Of a stretch of DNA of 10,290 bases, positions 1 to 7,567 are shown one piece after another (positions within the stretch are counted from its first letter, which is position 1; every line of letters starts with the position of its first letter). The notes beneath the pieces are model-generated. The model ran no database searches, was not told the origin of the DNA, and was given only the letters and a program-made list of their open reading frames with translations. This DNA is from Candidatus Hadarchaeota archaeon (lineage in GTDB: Archaea > CAYQAE01 > CAYVLA01): contig CAYVLA010000119.1 of assembly GCA_964452145.1 (NCBI GenBank), forward strand, positions 1 to 10,290, in the 5' to 3' direction. Made by a program: the position numbers and the translations under genes.

Positions 1-211
1 TCACAAGCCCGCGCGTGGAGACAGGCCTCAGGCCATAGACGAGATGGTTCTTGGCTACGGAGAGACCCTCCTGGAACCTGCGCACCGGGCGGAGTCCGTC
101 GGGAAGATGATGGTGCATGCAACTCGGAAGAGGAGCTTTGGATCGGGGGCAGAGATGATGGCCCGTATGCACATCATGGCCGATATCTCGGTATTTGTGT
201 ACTCTGGTGCA

Positions 212-463
212 CTAAAAAGCCATGGCCTCTTCCCTGCTGATCCTGCCGTTCGTGATGAGGATGGCGAGGAGGAAGACGGTGCCCCCGAAGGAGATGCCGT
301 GGGCCCTGGCCACGTCCCGCCCAACCCTGTCATCCACAACGGCCACCCCTTCTTCCTCCCTTGCCAGGGCCAGTACCTCTGCGTCCGCTGGATGGATGCG
401 GTCCTCGCCAATGGAGGTGACAAGGCGGACTGACTCTCGATCCGCTGGCTCCCTGACGATCAG
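212..463 (-). pseudogene. 5'-truncated DUF3368-type PIN (VapC-like) toxin fragment, not in ORF track
   Basis: Manual translation gives LIVREPADRESVRLVTSIGEDRIHPADAEVLALAREEEGVAVVDDRVGRDVARAHGISFGGTVFLLAILITNGRISREEAMAF*. This parallels IHPGEAQALAMA...LLMDD...GTVHVI...G.L.R..A of the intact gene at 2022-2570. An in-frame TAG lies immediately upstream (464-466) and there is no start codon. Confidence 0.85.
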
Positions 464-529
464 CTAGGGGCGTCGAGACAATCGAGGGGAGCATTGGATT
501 GCGTTGGGATGGATGAGATCCTCATACAT
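464..529 (-). pseudogene. N-terminal remnant of a RelE/ParE-like toxin
   Basis: MYEDLIHPNAIQ... resembles RelE N-termini (MYEV.IHP.A). Its ATG overlaps the stop of the upstream antitoxin pseudogene (GATGTATGA). It stops after 21 codons. Confidence 0.5.
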
Positions 530-742
530 CGTCAATCCTCGCGTAATCCGAGACGGAAGTGCTGTCGATTCTCCACTAGGCCCCCTCCGTGGCTTCCATG
601 TCCGCCTGGCCGATGCTCGGGAGCCGGTTCATGATGTCATAGTAGACTCTCCCTTGCGGCCAGAGCGGTGAAGGCGCTCCCTAGTGGCCGTGCTGAGGGC
701 GATCGTGATCCTCTTCTCCTGCAGAACCCGCACAACTGTCAT
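522..742 (-). pseudogene. Small archaeal RHH-type antitoxin pseudogene (one frameshift, one premature stop)
   Basis: Reconstructed as MTVVRVLQEKRITIALSTATRERLHRSGRKGES/YYDIMNRLPSIGQADMEATEGA*WRIDSTSVSDYARIDDV*. The TI.LS..TRERL...GRKGESY.DI.NRL pattern is typical of small archaeal RHH antitoxins. There is a 1-nt deletion near 645 and a TAG at 576-578. Confidence 0.7.
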
Positions 743-750
743 GTAAACAA

Positions 751-1695
751 ATGAGTTCCACCTCCTCCGAGAGGCCGCGTGTGATCTTCCCCACTGGGCC
801 TTGGGTTTGTCCAGGTGCCCCTCCCGAATGGACGGTGTGGAAGCCTTCCCAAGCCCGGCTCTTGCGTTTTCCGGGGGTTCGAGGTCGCTCTCCGCAGGTG
901 GGGCATCTGGACCGGGAGCCCCTTAAGCCAGGGGGAGCCAAGCCCGATAAGCCCGGGAAGCCCCCCAAGGACCCCGAACCGGATCCGAGCAACAAGTGGG
1001 CCGTCGTCATCGGCATTGCCGATTACCGGGGCAGGGACAGTGACCTCTGGCACCCCGACGAGGATGCCAAGGAGATGGCCCAGGTTCTGGAAGAGAAGTA
1101 TGGCTACACGAACATCATGCTCGTCACCAACAGGCAGGCCACTGCCTCGGCCATTCTCGGGGCCATTGACTGGCTGGTGGCCAACACCAACCCGGAGAGC
1201 CAGGCAGTCTTCTTCTTCAGCGGCCACGGCTACAGGGCCCCCGACGCCGACGGCTGGGACTCCGATTCAGAGTGGGATGGGCATGACGAGATGATCGTGA
1301 GCCACGATCTCTACGGCATTCCGGACGGAATGCTGGCAGAGAGGTTTAGCGGCATGCAGACCGATCACTTCACCCTCTTCTTCGGCAACTGCCACAGCGG
1401 CGGCATGTTCGATGACGATGACGACATCAGCTATGCCGGCGCCGACCAGACGGTGATGGCCTCCGCCTGCAAGGCAGATCAGTATGGCTGGGACTACCTT
1501 CAACTCGGGAACACGCTTTGGGGCTACTACTTCGTTGACGAGGGGATGCTCCAGGGCCTGGCCGATGGTGAGGACGCGGGAGCAACCGTCTCGGTTGAGG
1601 AAGCCCAAGTGTACGCCTATCCCAGGGTCGTTGTGGAACAAGCTGATTCCCAGCCACAGATCCTGGACAACGATCCGGGCGAGAGGATACCCTGA
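751..1695 (+). CDS. Caspase-family (peptidase C14, metacaspase-like) protease; true start uncertain, probably 5'-truncated
   Basis: KWAVVIGIADY first strand, DAKEMA helix, FFFSGHG (catalytic His, 1225-1227), FFGNCHSGG (catalytic Cys, 1390-1392), ASACKADQY and SQPQI. A Lys/Pro-rich linker starts at ~925. The first ~55 codons do not look like real protein. Confidence 0.9.
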   Translation: MSSTSSERPRVIFPTGPWVCPGAPPEWTVWKPSQARLLRFPGVRGRSPQVGHLDREPLKPGGAKPDKPGKPPKDPEPDPSNKWAVVIGIADYRGRDSDLWHPDEDAKEMAQVLEEKYGYTNIMLVTNRQATASAILGAIDWLVANTNPESQAVFFFSGHGYRAPDADGWDSDSEWDGHDEMIVSHDLYGIPDGMLAERFSGMQTDHFTLFFGNCHSGGMFDDDDDISYAGADQTVMASACKADQYGWDYLQLGNTLWGYYFVDEGMLQGLADGEDAGATVSVEEAQVYAYPRVVVEQADSQPQILDNDPGERIP

Positions 1696-1821
1696 TTGTG
1701 GTGGGCAGGCTTCTTCCGTCTCGCTACATATCGGCACCCCTGCAGCTTTCGTATCGCCAAGTGGCAGGATCGCGGTGTCGCGATTGCATCCTAGCACGGC
1801 AATGCCGGTGATCGATTGAAT

Positions 1822-2020
1822 AGCTTGGATGAGGAGAAGCTCGCACCTCTGGATGAGACATGAGGTCCTCGTTTCGCCCGAACCGAGAGGGTCCTTCGAG
1901 CAGGTAGGCTGGAAGAGCTAGGATCTCGTTTCCCCCGGGCGTACGCGAGGGGACCCGACCGGAAGAGCTACCGAATGGTCATGAGGGTCTGGAGAAGCCG
2001 GGAGAGATTCTTCCCAGGCC
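1822..2020 (+). pseudogene. Highly decayed antitoxin C-terminus plus RelE-like toxin remnant
   Basis: SLDEEKLAPLDET* (stop 1861-1863) overlaps an ATG at 1853 reading MRHEVLVSP. GLEKPGEILPRP follows further on and aligns with ALEELAENPYPGP at ~4302-4340. Confidence 0.35.
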
Positions 2021-2021
2021 C

Positions 2022-2570
2022 TCACACATTCCCATGGCGAGCTGATCCACCTGCACCCATTTCAACAGCCCTCAGGATACGCGATAGAAGCCCGGGCTCG
2101 ACCCTGAACCCTTTCTCCACCAGTCTCAGCACCGTGTCCTTCGCCTGCCCGCGGTTCAGGTGTCCCTCCGCCAAGGCTTTCAGAATCACGTGTACGGTGC
2201 CGTTTACCCTGAGCCCCAATCCCTCCGCCAGGGCTCTACCGCTGGCATCGTCCATCAGTAGGGGAAGGCTCAATCTGAGGGCCATCGCAAGGGCCTGGGC
2301 CTCCCCTGGATGGATCTCAGGTGCAGCCTCGACCATCCTGCGGCAAAGGTCCCCATCAACCCTCGACGGGGCCGAGACCTCCAGCCAGCCCTCCTCCACG
2401 GCTTCCTTGATCACGAAGGCGTCGGCGAAGCCCTCGGCCATCCCCTTCTCCACCGTCTCTCGATGGACCTCCTCCGGGACGATCACGCGCCCGTAGAGGC
2501 GTTTCAGCAATGCGAGCCTTCCAGACTTCGCCAGCCACATCAGCGGGCTGCTGTTGCAGACGACTGGCAA
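2022..2570 (-). CDS. vapC: DUF3368-family PIN-domain toxin (VapC-like)
   Basis: VVCNSSPL, VPEEVHRE, IHPGEAQALA, LLMDD and GTVHVILKA motifs. TTG start 2 nt after the antitoxin stop. Confidence 0.92.
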   Translation of the reverse strand: MPVVCNSSPLMWLAKSGRLALLKRLYGRVIVPEEVHRETVEKGMAEGFADAFVIKEAVEEGWLEVSAPSRVDGDLCRRMVEAAPEIHPGEAQALAMALRLSLPLLMDDASGRALAEGLGLRVNGTVHVILKALAEGHLNRGQAKDTVLRLVEKGFRVEPGLLSRILRAVEMGAGGSARHGNV

Positions 2571-2572
2571 GG

Positions 2573-2878
2573 CTAGCCCCCTGAGAGGGCTCTGAGATCC
2601 TCTTCCAGGTCATGTTCGGAGTACTGGAGAAGGACGCCCCTCTGCCGAAGGGCATCATGAAACCGCCAGAGGGAGATACCTCCGGTCTGGGCCGCCTTCC
2701 AGCCCGTCGCACGACCCGAACGATAGAGCTCAACGGCGTGCTCGACCCTCTTCTCGCCAACCCCGCGCTCGAGCAGATCCCTTATGACCGCCGACCGGTC
2801 CCTGTGCTCACGTTCGGCAAGCCCATCGAGCTCTTCCAGCATCTCGCGGGGCAACCTCAGGGTGATGATTTCCGCCAT
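2573..2878 (-). CDS. RHH + UPF0175-family antitoxin (101 aa; alternative start 2890)
   Basis: ITLRLPREMLEELDGLAEREHRDRSAVIRDLL (RHH) is followed by AVELYRSGRATGWKAAQTGGISLWRFHDALRQRGV...EHDLEED (UPF0175). It lies directly upstream of the DUF3368 toxin. The ORF-track extension to 3319 is spurious. Confidence 0.92.
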   Translation of the reverse strand: MAEIITLRLPREMLEELDGLAEREHRDRSAVIRDLLERGVGEKRVEHAVELYRSGRATGWKAAQTGGISLWRFHDALRQRGVLLQYSEHDLEEDLRALSGG

Positions 2879-2894
2879 GGAGGCCACCATAATA

Positions 2895-2922
2895 CGATGT
2901 ATATCGCTCGCATGACATATAA
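2895..2922 (-). promoter_or_regulatory. Archaeal TATA box with an adjacent imperfect palindrome (putative autoregulatory operator)
   Basis: TTTATATG on the minus strand at 2915-2922, ~25 nt upstream of the ATG at 2890. CGAT-GTAT-ATCG palindrome at 2895-2906. Confidence 0.65.
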
Positions 2923-2974
2923 ACCTGATGTGTGCCCCCTGGTTCTGGACTGAGGCTCTCAGCCAAACCCTGCA

Positions 2975-4228
2975 ATGATTTCCGCGGGCTCCTCTGATCG
3001 TCTGCCCCTGGCCTCGCCCCAGCTCACCCTGTACATACCTCCCCTTCCGCCGGGCGAGCTCAACGCCACCGGCGGGCCCGGCATCGTGACCCTGTCCTGG
3101 GCCGCCCCAGCGAGCTTCGGCGGCGAGGTCCCCACAGGCTACAGGGTCTATAGGGGCAACCAGACCCACAGATTCCTCCTTGCCGAGATCGCATCCACCG
3201 GAACCTTCTTCGCCGACCACGATGTCGTGGCCGAGGCCGACTACCACTACCATATCACTGCAATCAATCCCTACGGCGAGAGCGCGCCGGGCCCGGCCGC
3301 CCTGGCCTCCCCTGGGCACCCCTACTCAGTGCCGATCGTCAGGATCACCCATCCCCAGGACTGCAGCGCCCTCTCATCCGGCACCTTCGTGGTGGAGTGG
3401 ACCGGGGAAGGCAACGGCAGCCCGATGGCCGGATACGAGTTCCGCATGACCGGCGGAGGCTGGATTGACATGGGTCTGGCCACGAGGAGATCCTACCTCG
3501 GCCTCTCAAATGGGTCCTACGTTGTGGAGGTCAGGGGGCGAAACAAGGGAGGCGGGAGCCACACCGTGACGGTCTCCTTCCAGGTCGACACGATTCCCCC
3601 TGTCTTCGCGATCGCCGAGCCACCCAACGGCACCATCACCAACCTGACCTCACTGACCGTCCGCTGGACCTCGCTGGAGGAGGGCACGGCCTTCCAGGTC
3701 AGGCTCGATGGCGGCGGATGGCTCCAGGCCTCGGCCTTGAGCCACCACCTCTCCACAATCCCCCAGGGCCATCACCTACTGGAGGTGGAGGGCCGGGACG
3801 CCGCGGGAAACGCGGCCTTGGGGAGGATTGTCCTCACCGTCGACAGCCTTGCCCCGGACCTTCTCAGTTGGAGCCCGGCCGGAGCCGGGTCCCCGGCGAA
3901 TTCAAGCCTCGTCCTCACCTTCACGGAGACCATGTCTGATGTTGTGGTGGCCATCGACCCGGGGCGCATCAGTTTCCGGAGCAATTGGGAGGACCTCACC
4001 CTGACGTGCACGCCGGCCCGGGCTCTCGAGGAGTCAACCACCTATCGCGTGACAGTGACCGGACACGATCTGGCGGGGAACCCCCTGGGGGCCAGGCAGT
4101 GGAGCTTCACCGTCATCGAATCATGTCCGGGCGTCCCGGTGACGGCCATCGCCATGCTGCATGCCATGGCATGCCTACTGCGGCGGGCGGGGAAGGATCG
4201 CTCCCCGGCTGCCAGGAAGGGTGAATGA
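2975..4228 (+). CDS. Fibronectin type III / Ig-like (Big) repeat surface protein with C-terminal hydrophobic anchor; no signal peptide, probably 5'-truncated
   Basis: FN3 signature VTLSWAAPASFGG...GYRVYRG...YHYHITAINPYGES, two Ig-like repeats (VRITHP...VDTIPP...VDSLAP) and an SbsA/Big_5-like domain (LTFTETM...L...TTYRVTVTGHDLAGNPL...WSFTV). It ends in a hydrophobic stretch plus basic tail. In-frame TGA at 2951. Confidence 0.85.
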   Translation: MISAGSSDRLPLASPQLTLYIPPLPPGELNATGGPGIVTLSWAAPASFGGEVPTGYRVYRGNQTHRFLLAEIASTGTFFADHDVVAEADYHYHITAINPYGESAPGPAALASPGHPYSVPIVRITHPQDCSALSSGTFVVEWTGEGNGSPMAGYEFRMTGGGWIDMGLATRRSYLGLSNGSYVVEVRGRNKGGGSHTVTVSFQVDTIPPVFAIAEPPNGTITNLTSLTVRWTSLEEGTAFQVRLDGGGWLQASALSHHLSTIPQGHHLLEVEGRDAAGNAALGRIVLTVDSLAPDLLSWSPAGAGSPANSSLVLTFTETMSDVVVAIDPGRISFRSNWEDLTLTCTPARALEESTTYRVTVTGHDLAGNPLGARQWSFTVIESCPGVPVTAIAMLHAMACLLRRAGKDRSPAARKGE

Positions 4229-4828
4229 TCTCTTCTCGAAGCTGGCCACGAGGGATCCGGCCCGGGTCGAGCCGTACGGAGTAGTGCCGGGTGGTCAAGG
4301 GGCTCTGGAGGAACTCGCGGAGAATCCCTATCCCGGGCCCTCACGCATCCCCTGCGCGGACTGTCCGTCGGGTCCCGTTTCAACAGTCCTCAGAATCCGG
4401 GACAGGAGCCCGGGCTCGACCCTGAACCCCTTCTCCACCAGCCTCAGGACCGTGTCCCTCGCCTCCCCGCGGTCCAGCTGCCCCTCCGCAAGGGCCTTCA
4501 GAATCACGTGGACGGTGCCCGGAGCCCTGAGCCCCAAGCCCTCAGCTAGGGCCCTTCCACTCGCATCGTCCATCAGGAGGGGGAGGTCCAGCCTGAGGGC
4601 CATCGCGATGGCCTGGGCCTCCCCGGCATGGATCTCGGACGCAGCCTCCAACATCCTGCGGCAGAGATCCTCATCCACCCTCGCCGGGCTCGAGACCTCC
4701 GGCCAGCCCCCCTCCACGGCTTCCCCGATGATGAAGGCGTCGGCGAAGCCCTCGGCCACGCCCTTCTCCAGCGTCTCCCGATCGACCTCCTTCGGGACCA
4801 TCACGCGCCCATAGAGGCGTTTCAGCAA
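4227..4828. repeat. Diverged direct-repeat copy of ~1921-2510 (offset 2318 nt in the coding part)
   Basis: cccgggctcgaccctgaacc occurs at 2091 and 4409. Similarity ends abruptly at ttcagcaa (2510/4828) and fades out leftwards beyond the PIN stop. Confidence 0.85.
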
Positions 4829-4843
4829 CGTGGCTCGAACCAT
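4328..4843 (-). pseudogene. Second DUF3368 PIN toxin copy lacking its N-terminal ~19 aa and its antitoxin
   Basis: About 25 differences over 152 aa by hand count (~84% identity) versus 2022-2570. Homology begins at LLKRLYG (4828). A fortuitous in-frame ATG lies at 4843. Confidence 0.85.
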
Positions 4844-5018
4844 GTGGCCAGGTCTTCGAGGCCTGAACGCTCCTCCAAGACGATATGGGTCTCGCCGACT
4901 CAGGTTCTGGATCCTGGCCCTGATCCCACCAATCGGATTACCCCTTGCCCTAGCCGTGTTCAAGCCCTGGAGAAAGAACCCCGAGGACCCCGAGACCCGA
5001 GAAGGGAGACCCGGATAG
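4842..5018 (+). pseudogene. Possible C-terminal fragment of a membrane protein
   Basis: FWILALIPPIGLPLALAVFKPWRKNPED...* is a hydrophobic helix followed by a charged tail, with no convincing 5' part. Confidence 0.3.
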
Positions 5019-5089
5019 CCCACTTCCAGCCGCCCTGCGACTCGGCACTGGGGATCACCTTCTCCGTCACCCTCGGGAAGGGATCCTCA

Positions 5090-5524
5090 TCATTCTCCAG
5101 CGGAGGACGGATGCCTGCCCAACCATTCCACTATGCACTTCATGTATGCCTCAAAGTCGCCGAGCCTTCTGCGGAGGAATCCGTGCTCAAGATTCACGTT
5201 GATCCTTGCGTAGTCATGGACCAGCAGGTTCCTGAAGCCAATCATCCTGGCAACCTCACTGGACAGCTCCTCGGGGATGATCCCCGCCTCCGCGAGGATC
5301 TCCGGGATATCAGCGTACCTCCCGGGCCTCCGGAGCTGAAGGCAGGAGATGATCTCGCTGCCAATATCGATGACGGACTCGATGGACAGATGCAGGTACC
5401 TCTCGGCCGCCCCCCTGGACCTGAAATCCGACGAGAAGGCCTCCGGGGAGATCTCCCCCAGCTGTCTGAGATAGGCAAGATACTCCCTCAGCCTCGACAG
5501 CTTCTCCCCGATCAGGGCCTCCAT
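5090..5524 (-). CDS. hepT: HepT (DUF86, HEPN) ribonuclease toxin, type VII TA
   Basis: AAERYLHLSIESVIDIG and the RX4HXY motif GFRNLLVHDY. It overlaps the 3' end of the MNT gene. Confidence 0.95.
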   Translation of the reverse strand: MEALIGEKLSRLREYLAYLRQLGEISPEAFSSDFRSRGAAERYLHLSIESVIDIGSEIISCLQLRRPGRYADIPEILAEAGIIPEELSSEVARMIGFRNLLVHDYARINVNLEHGFLRRRLGDFEAYMKCIVEWLGRHPSSAGE

Positions 5525-5946
5525 CCAGACACCTCCTCCACAAGGGCCCTGTCGTAACGCTCCCTGGCCCGGGACATATCCATGTACCGCCTCATTGTCT
5601 TCGCCTCGAACTCGATACGCGCCCCTTCATCACGGCAGTAGATCACCCTTCCCTCCTTGACCACCTGATAGGCCAGGAGGGGAGGCGCCTGGTTCAGGAT
5701 GACCAGGTCCAACTCATCGCCGAAGGGCCCCGACAGCATCTGTACCAGATCCAGGTAGCATTCGAGCATGTCCCCAGGCAGATCGGACAGCAACACCGCT
5801 ACATCCGTGTCGCTCTCGGGAAGGCGCCGGCCCGTGCAGGACGAGCCGAAGAGATACGCCACCTGGACCCGCGGATCCCTCTCGAAAACCTCCGCCGAAG
5901 CCTCGGCCCTGGCGTCGGACAGGTACCCCACGCCGGTGAACTCCAC
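5512..5946 (-). CDS. mntA: MntA-family minimal nucleotidyltransferase antitoxin (start may be GTG at 5931)
   Basis: AYLFGS-X10-DTD (GSSCTGRRLPESDTD) and LDLVILNQAPPLLAYQVVKEGRVIY. Confidence 0.95.
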   Translation of the reverse strand: MEFTGVGYLSDARAEASAEVFERDPRVQVAYLFGSSCTGRRLPESDTDVAVLLSDLPGDMLECYLDLVQMLSGPFGDELDLVILNQAPPLLAYQVVKEGRVIYCRDEGARIEFEAKTMRRYMDMSRARERYDRALVEEVSGWRP

Positions 5947-5952
5947 GATCAG

Positions 5953-5960
5953 CTATTAAT
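5953..5960 (-). promoter_or_regulatory. Putative TATA box of mntA-hepT
   Basis: ATTAATAG preceded by purine-rich GAAACAG. It is the only AT-rich patch locally and sits ~22 nt upstream of the in-frame GTG at 5931. Confidence 0.4.
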
Positions 5961-5977
5961 CTGTTTCCGGAGGCTGA

Positions 5978-6403
5978 GCTGGGGAGGAGCTCTCGCATCG
6001 GAGCACCGGGCCATGGGGCAACTGGCCCGTGGTGGACAGTGGACTTGGCGTGGATGGCCTCGTCAGGGTCACGCTGGGCTCCAGCGGCTTTTCCGGAGAG
6101 GTCTGGACGCGGCCCGGGGGGCGGGGCAGGGTGATCCCAGTTCCCTTCATCGTTGATGGGACTTCCATCAGGCTGCAGTCCAACGCATCCGCCATGGGCA
6201 GCCCGGCTGGCTTCGACTACGTCGTCGCCGTGCCGGAGTACGTCGAGAATCGGCTGAGCACGGTTGACAGGTGGCCCAACCAGGGCTATGCCACCTTTGC
6301 GGTGAGCGAGGGGACGGACCTCTTGATGATCCCACTTGCCTTGCTGCGCGTGCTGACCCTCCCGGTCCTGGCGCTTCTGAACCGGCCACGAGCTCCGCCT
6401 TGA
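5978..6403 (+). pseudogene. C-terminal fragment of a secreted/surface protein with hydrophobic C-terminal anchor
   Basis: The frame is open from 5978 (TGA at 5975) and reads STGPWGNWPVVDSGLGVDG...VDRWPNQGYATFAVSE, then a Leu-rich hydrophobic stretch and basic residues. No signal peptide. Confidence 0.55.
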
Positions 6404-6551
6404 TGGGCCCACGAGGCTGTGTCTCGGGCGATCGGGGCCGGTGAATCGAGGCCCAGGGATTTCTGGATCGAGGATCCTCCCAAGGATCTGTTTGCCTGTA
6501 AGATCTCGGATGTGCGTCCAATCGGATATGGCGGGATAAAGGGACAGCCCA

Positions 6552-6580
6552 TATTACAGCGACGGTAATATATTTATTAC
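6552..6580 (+). promoter_or_regulatory. TATA-like promoter overlapped by inverted repeats (putative RHH operator)
   Basis: TATTAC (6552-6557), GTAATA (6565-6570), TATT, TATTAC (6575-6580), ending ~22 nt before the ATG at 6603. Confidence 0.7.
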
Positions 6581-6602
6581 GCATGCGATACGGACCTGCG
6601 AC

Positions 6603-6851
6603 ATGGAGGTCGTCAGCATAAGAGTCGATCCGGAGACAAGGGAGAAGATGAGGCAACTCTCCCACATTAACTGGAGCGGGTTCATAAGAAGGGCAATAGC
6701 CGACAGGATCAGGGAGGAGGAACGGGAGAACAGGAGGATCTCTTCCCGGTCCCTGAGCCACGCATCCAAGCTCACCGATGATCTCAGGCGGCCATCGCCC
6801 GGCTGGAGCAGCGAGGAGGAGATCCGGAGATGGAGAGACCTGAGAAGGTGA
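6603..6851 (+). CDS. vapB: VapB-type RHH antitoxin
   Basis: VVSIRVDPETREKM...INWSGFIRRAI...WSSEEEIRRWRD. It overlaps the downstream PIN gene. Confidence 0.92.
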   Translation: MEVVSIRVDPETREKMRQLSHINWSGFIRRAIADRIREEERENRRISSRSLSHASKLTDDLRRPSPGWSSEEEIRRWRDLRR

Positions 6852-7270
6852 TCGTCCCCGACGCTTCGGTGATCGACAAGTGGTTCGTGGAGGAAGAGCA
6901 CTCCGACGCCGCCCTCAGGATGAAGGAAGACTATGTTGCCCGGGAGGTAGACATCGCCGCCCCGGAGCTGTTGTTATTCGAGGTCATGAACTCCCTGCGG
7001 TACAACCCCGAGTTCGGGGAGCAGGATCTGCTAGGGGTGGCCGAGGCCCTGGACGGGTACTGCTTCTGGTTGTTCACGCTGGAGGGAGATTTGGCCGCAA
7101 GGGCTGTGGAGACCTCGCTGAGGTGGGGGATCTCGATCTACGATGCCTCGTACATATCTCTGGGCGAGATGAGGGGGGCGGACTTCTACACGGCCGACGA
7201 CAGACTCCTGGCGAAGCTCGCGCGGATCGGTGGGATTCACCACATCTCCCATTACGGAACCGAGCCCTAG
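6830..7270 (+). CDS. vapC: VapC PIN-domain toxin
   Basis: DASVIDKWF, FEVMNSL, ISIYDASYI and FYTADDRL show the acidic PIN residues intact. Confidence 0.95.
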   Translation: MERPEKVIVPDASVIDKWFVEEEHSDAALRMKEDYVAREVDIAAPELLLFEVMNSLRYNPEFGEQDLLGVAEALDGYCFWLFTLEGDLAARAVETSLRWGISIYDASYISLGEMRGADFYTADDRLLAKLARIGGIHHISHYGTEP

Positions 7271-7310
7271 CAAGGCCTTGGACACGCATAGCAACACTCT
7301 TCCGAGGCTG

Positions 7311-7538
7311 TTGTCAAGCTTCCCGCGGTCTCAGGGGACGATGTCATCAGGGCCCTGAAGAGGTCGGCTTCGGCATCACCAGGCAGAAGCCACGTCTCCC
7401 TGCACAAGAGGACTCCCGAAGGCATGCTGCTGGTGGTCGTGCCCCGAAAGCCCGAGGTGAAGAGGGGAACGCTCCTCAGCATGCTCAGGCAGGCCGGGAT
7501 CAGCAGGCAGGAGGCAGGAATTCGTCGAGCTGATCTAG
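7311..7538 (+). pseudogene. hicA: HicA toxin pseudogene with several frameshifts
   Basis: Reconstructed as (M)SKLPAVSGDDVIRALKR/GFGITRQ/SHVSLHKRTPEGMLLVVVPRKPEVKRGTLLSMLRQAGISRQ/EFVELI*. It carries small deletions plus a 7-nt tandem duplication AGGCAGG (7505-7518). Confidence 0.88.
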
Positions 7539-7567
7539 GAATTCATGTAGGAGTGGGGGCGGAGAAG

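Noticed and set aside
44..467. ORFs 44..433 (+), 55..423 (-) and 222..467 (+)
   Set aside because: They are mostly shadows of the minus-strand DUF3368 fragment. The 1-210 part may be another relic but I could not assign it.
2550..2562. Asn instead of Asp at the first PIN acidic position (CNSS)
   Set aside because: An N at this position is common in DUF3368-type proteins, so it is not evidence of inactivation.
2891..3319. N-terminal extension of ORF 2573..3319
   Set aside because: It is antisense to the FN3 gene and crosses the TATA box. The real start is 2878 or 2890.
4844..5023. N-terminal extension of ORF 4328..5023 as a novel PIN fusion
   Set aside because: It is low-complexity sequence beyond the truncation point with no domain features, so probably chance read-through.
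4161..5557. Long + strand ORFs 4161..4814 and 4628..5557 (also 1975..2496 and 7829..8695)
   Set aside because: They are antisense shadows of well-supported minus-strand TA genes in GC-rich DNA.
6404..6550. Possible further PIN relic (RAIGAGES...)
   Set aside because: Too short and degenerate to support.
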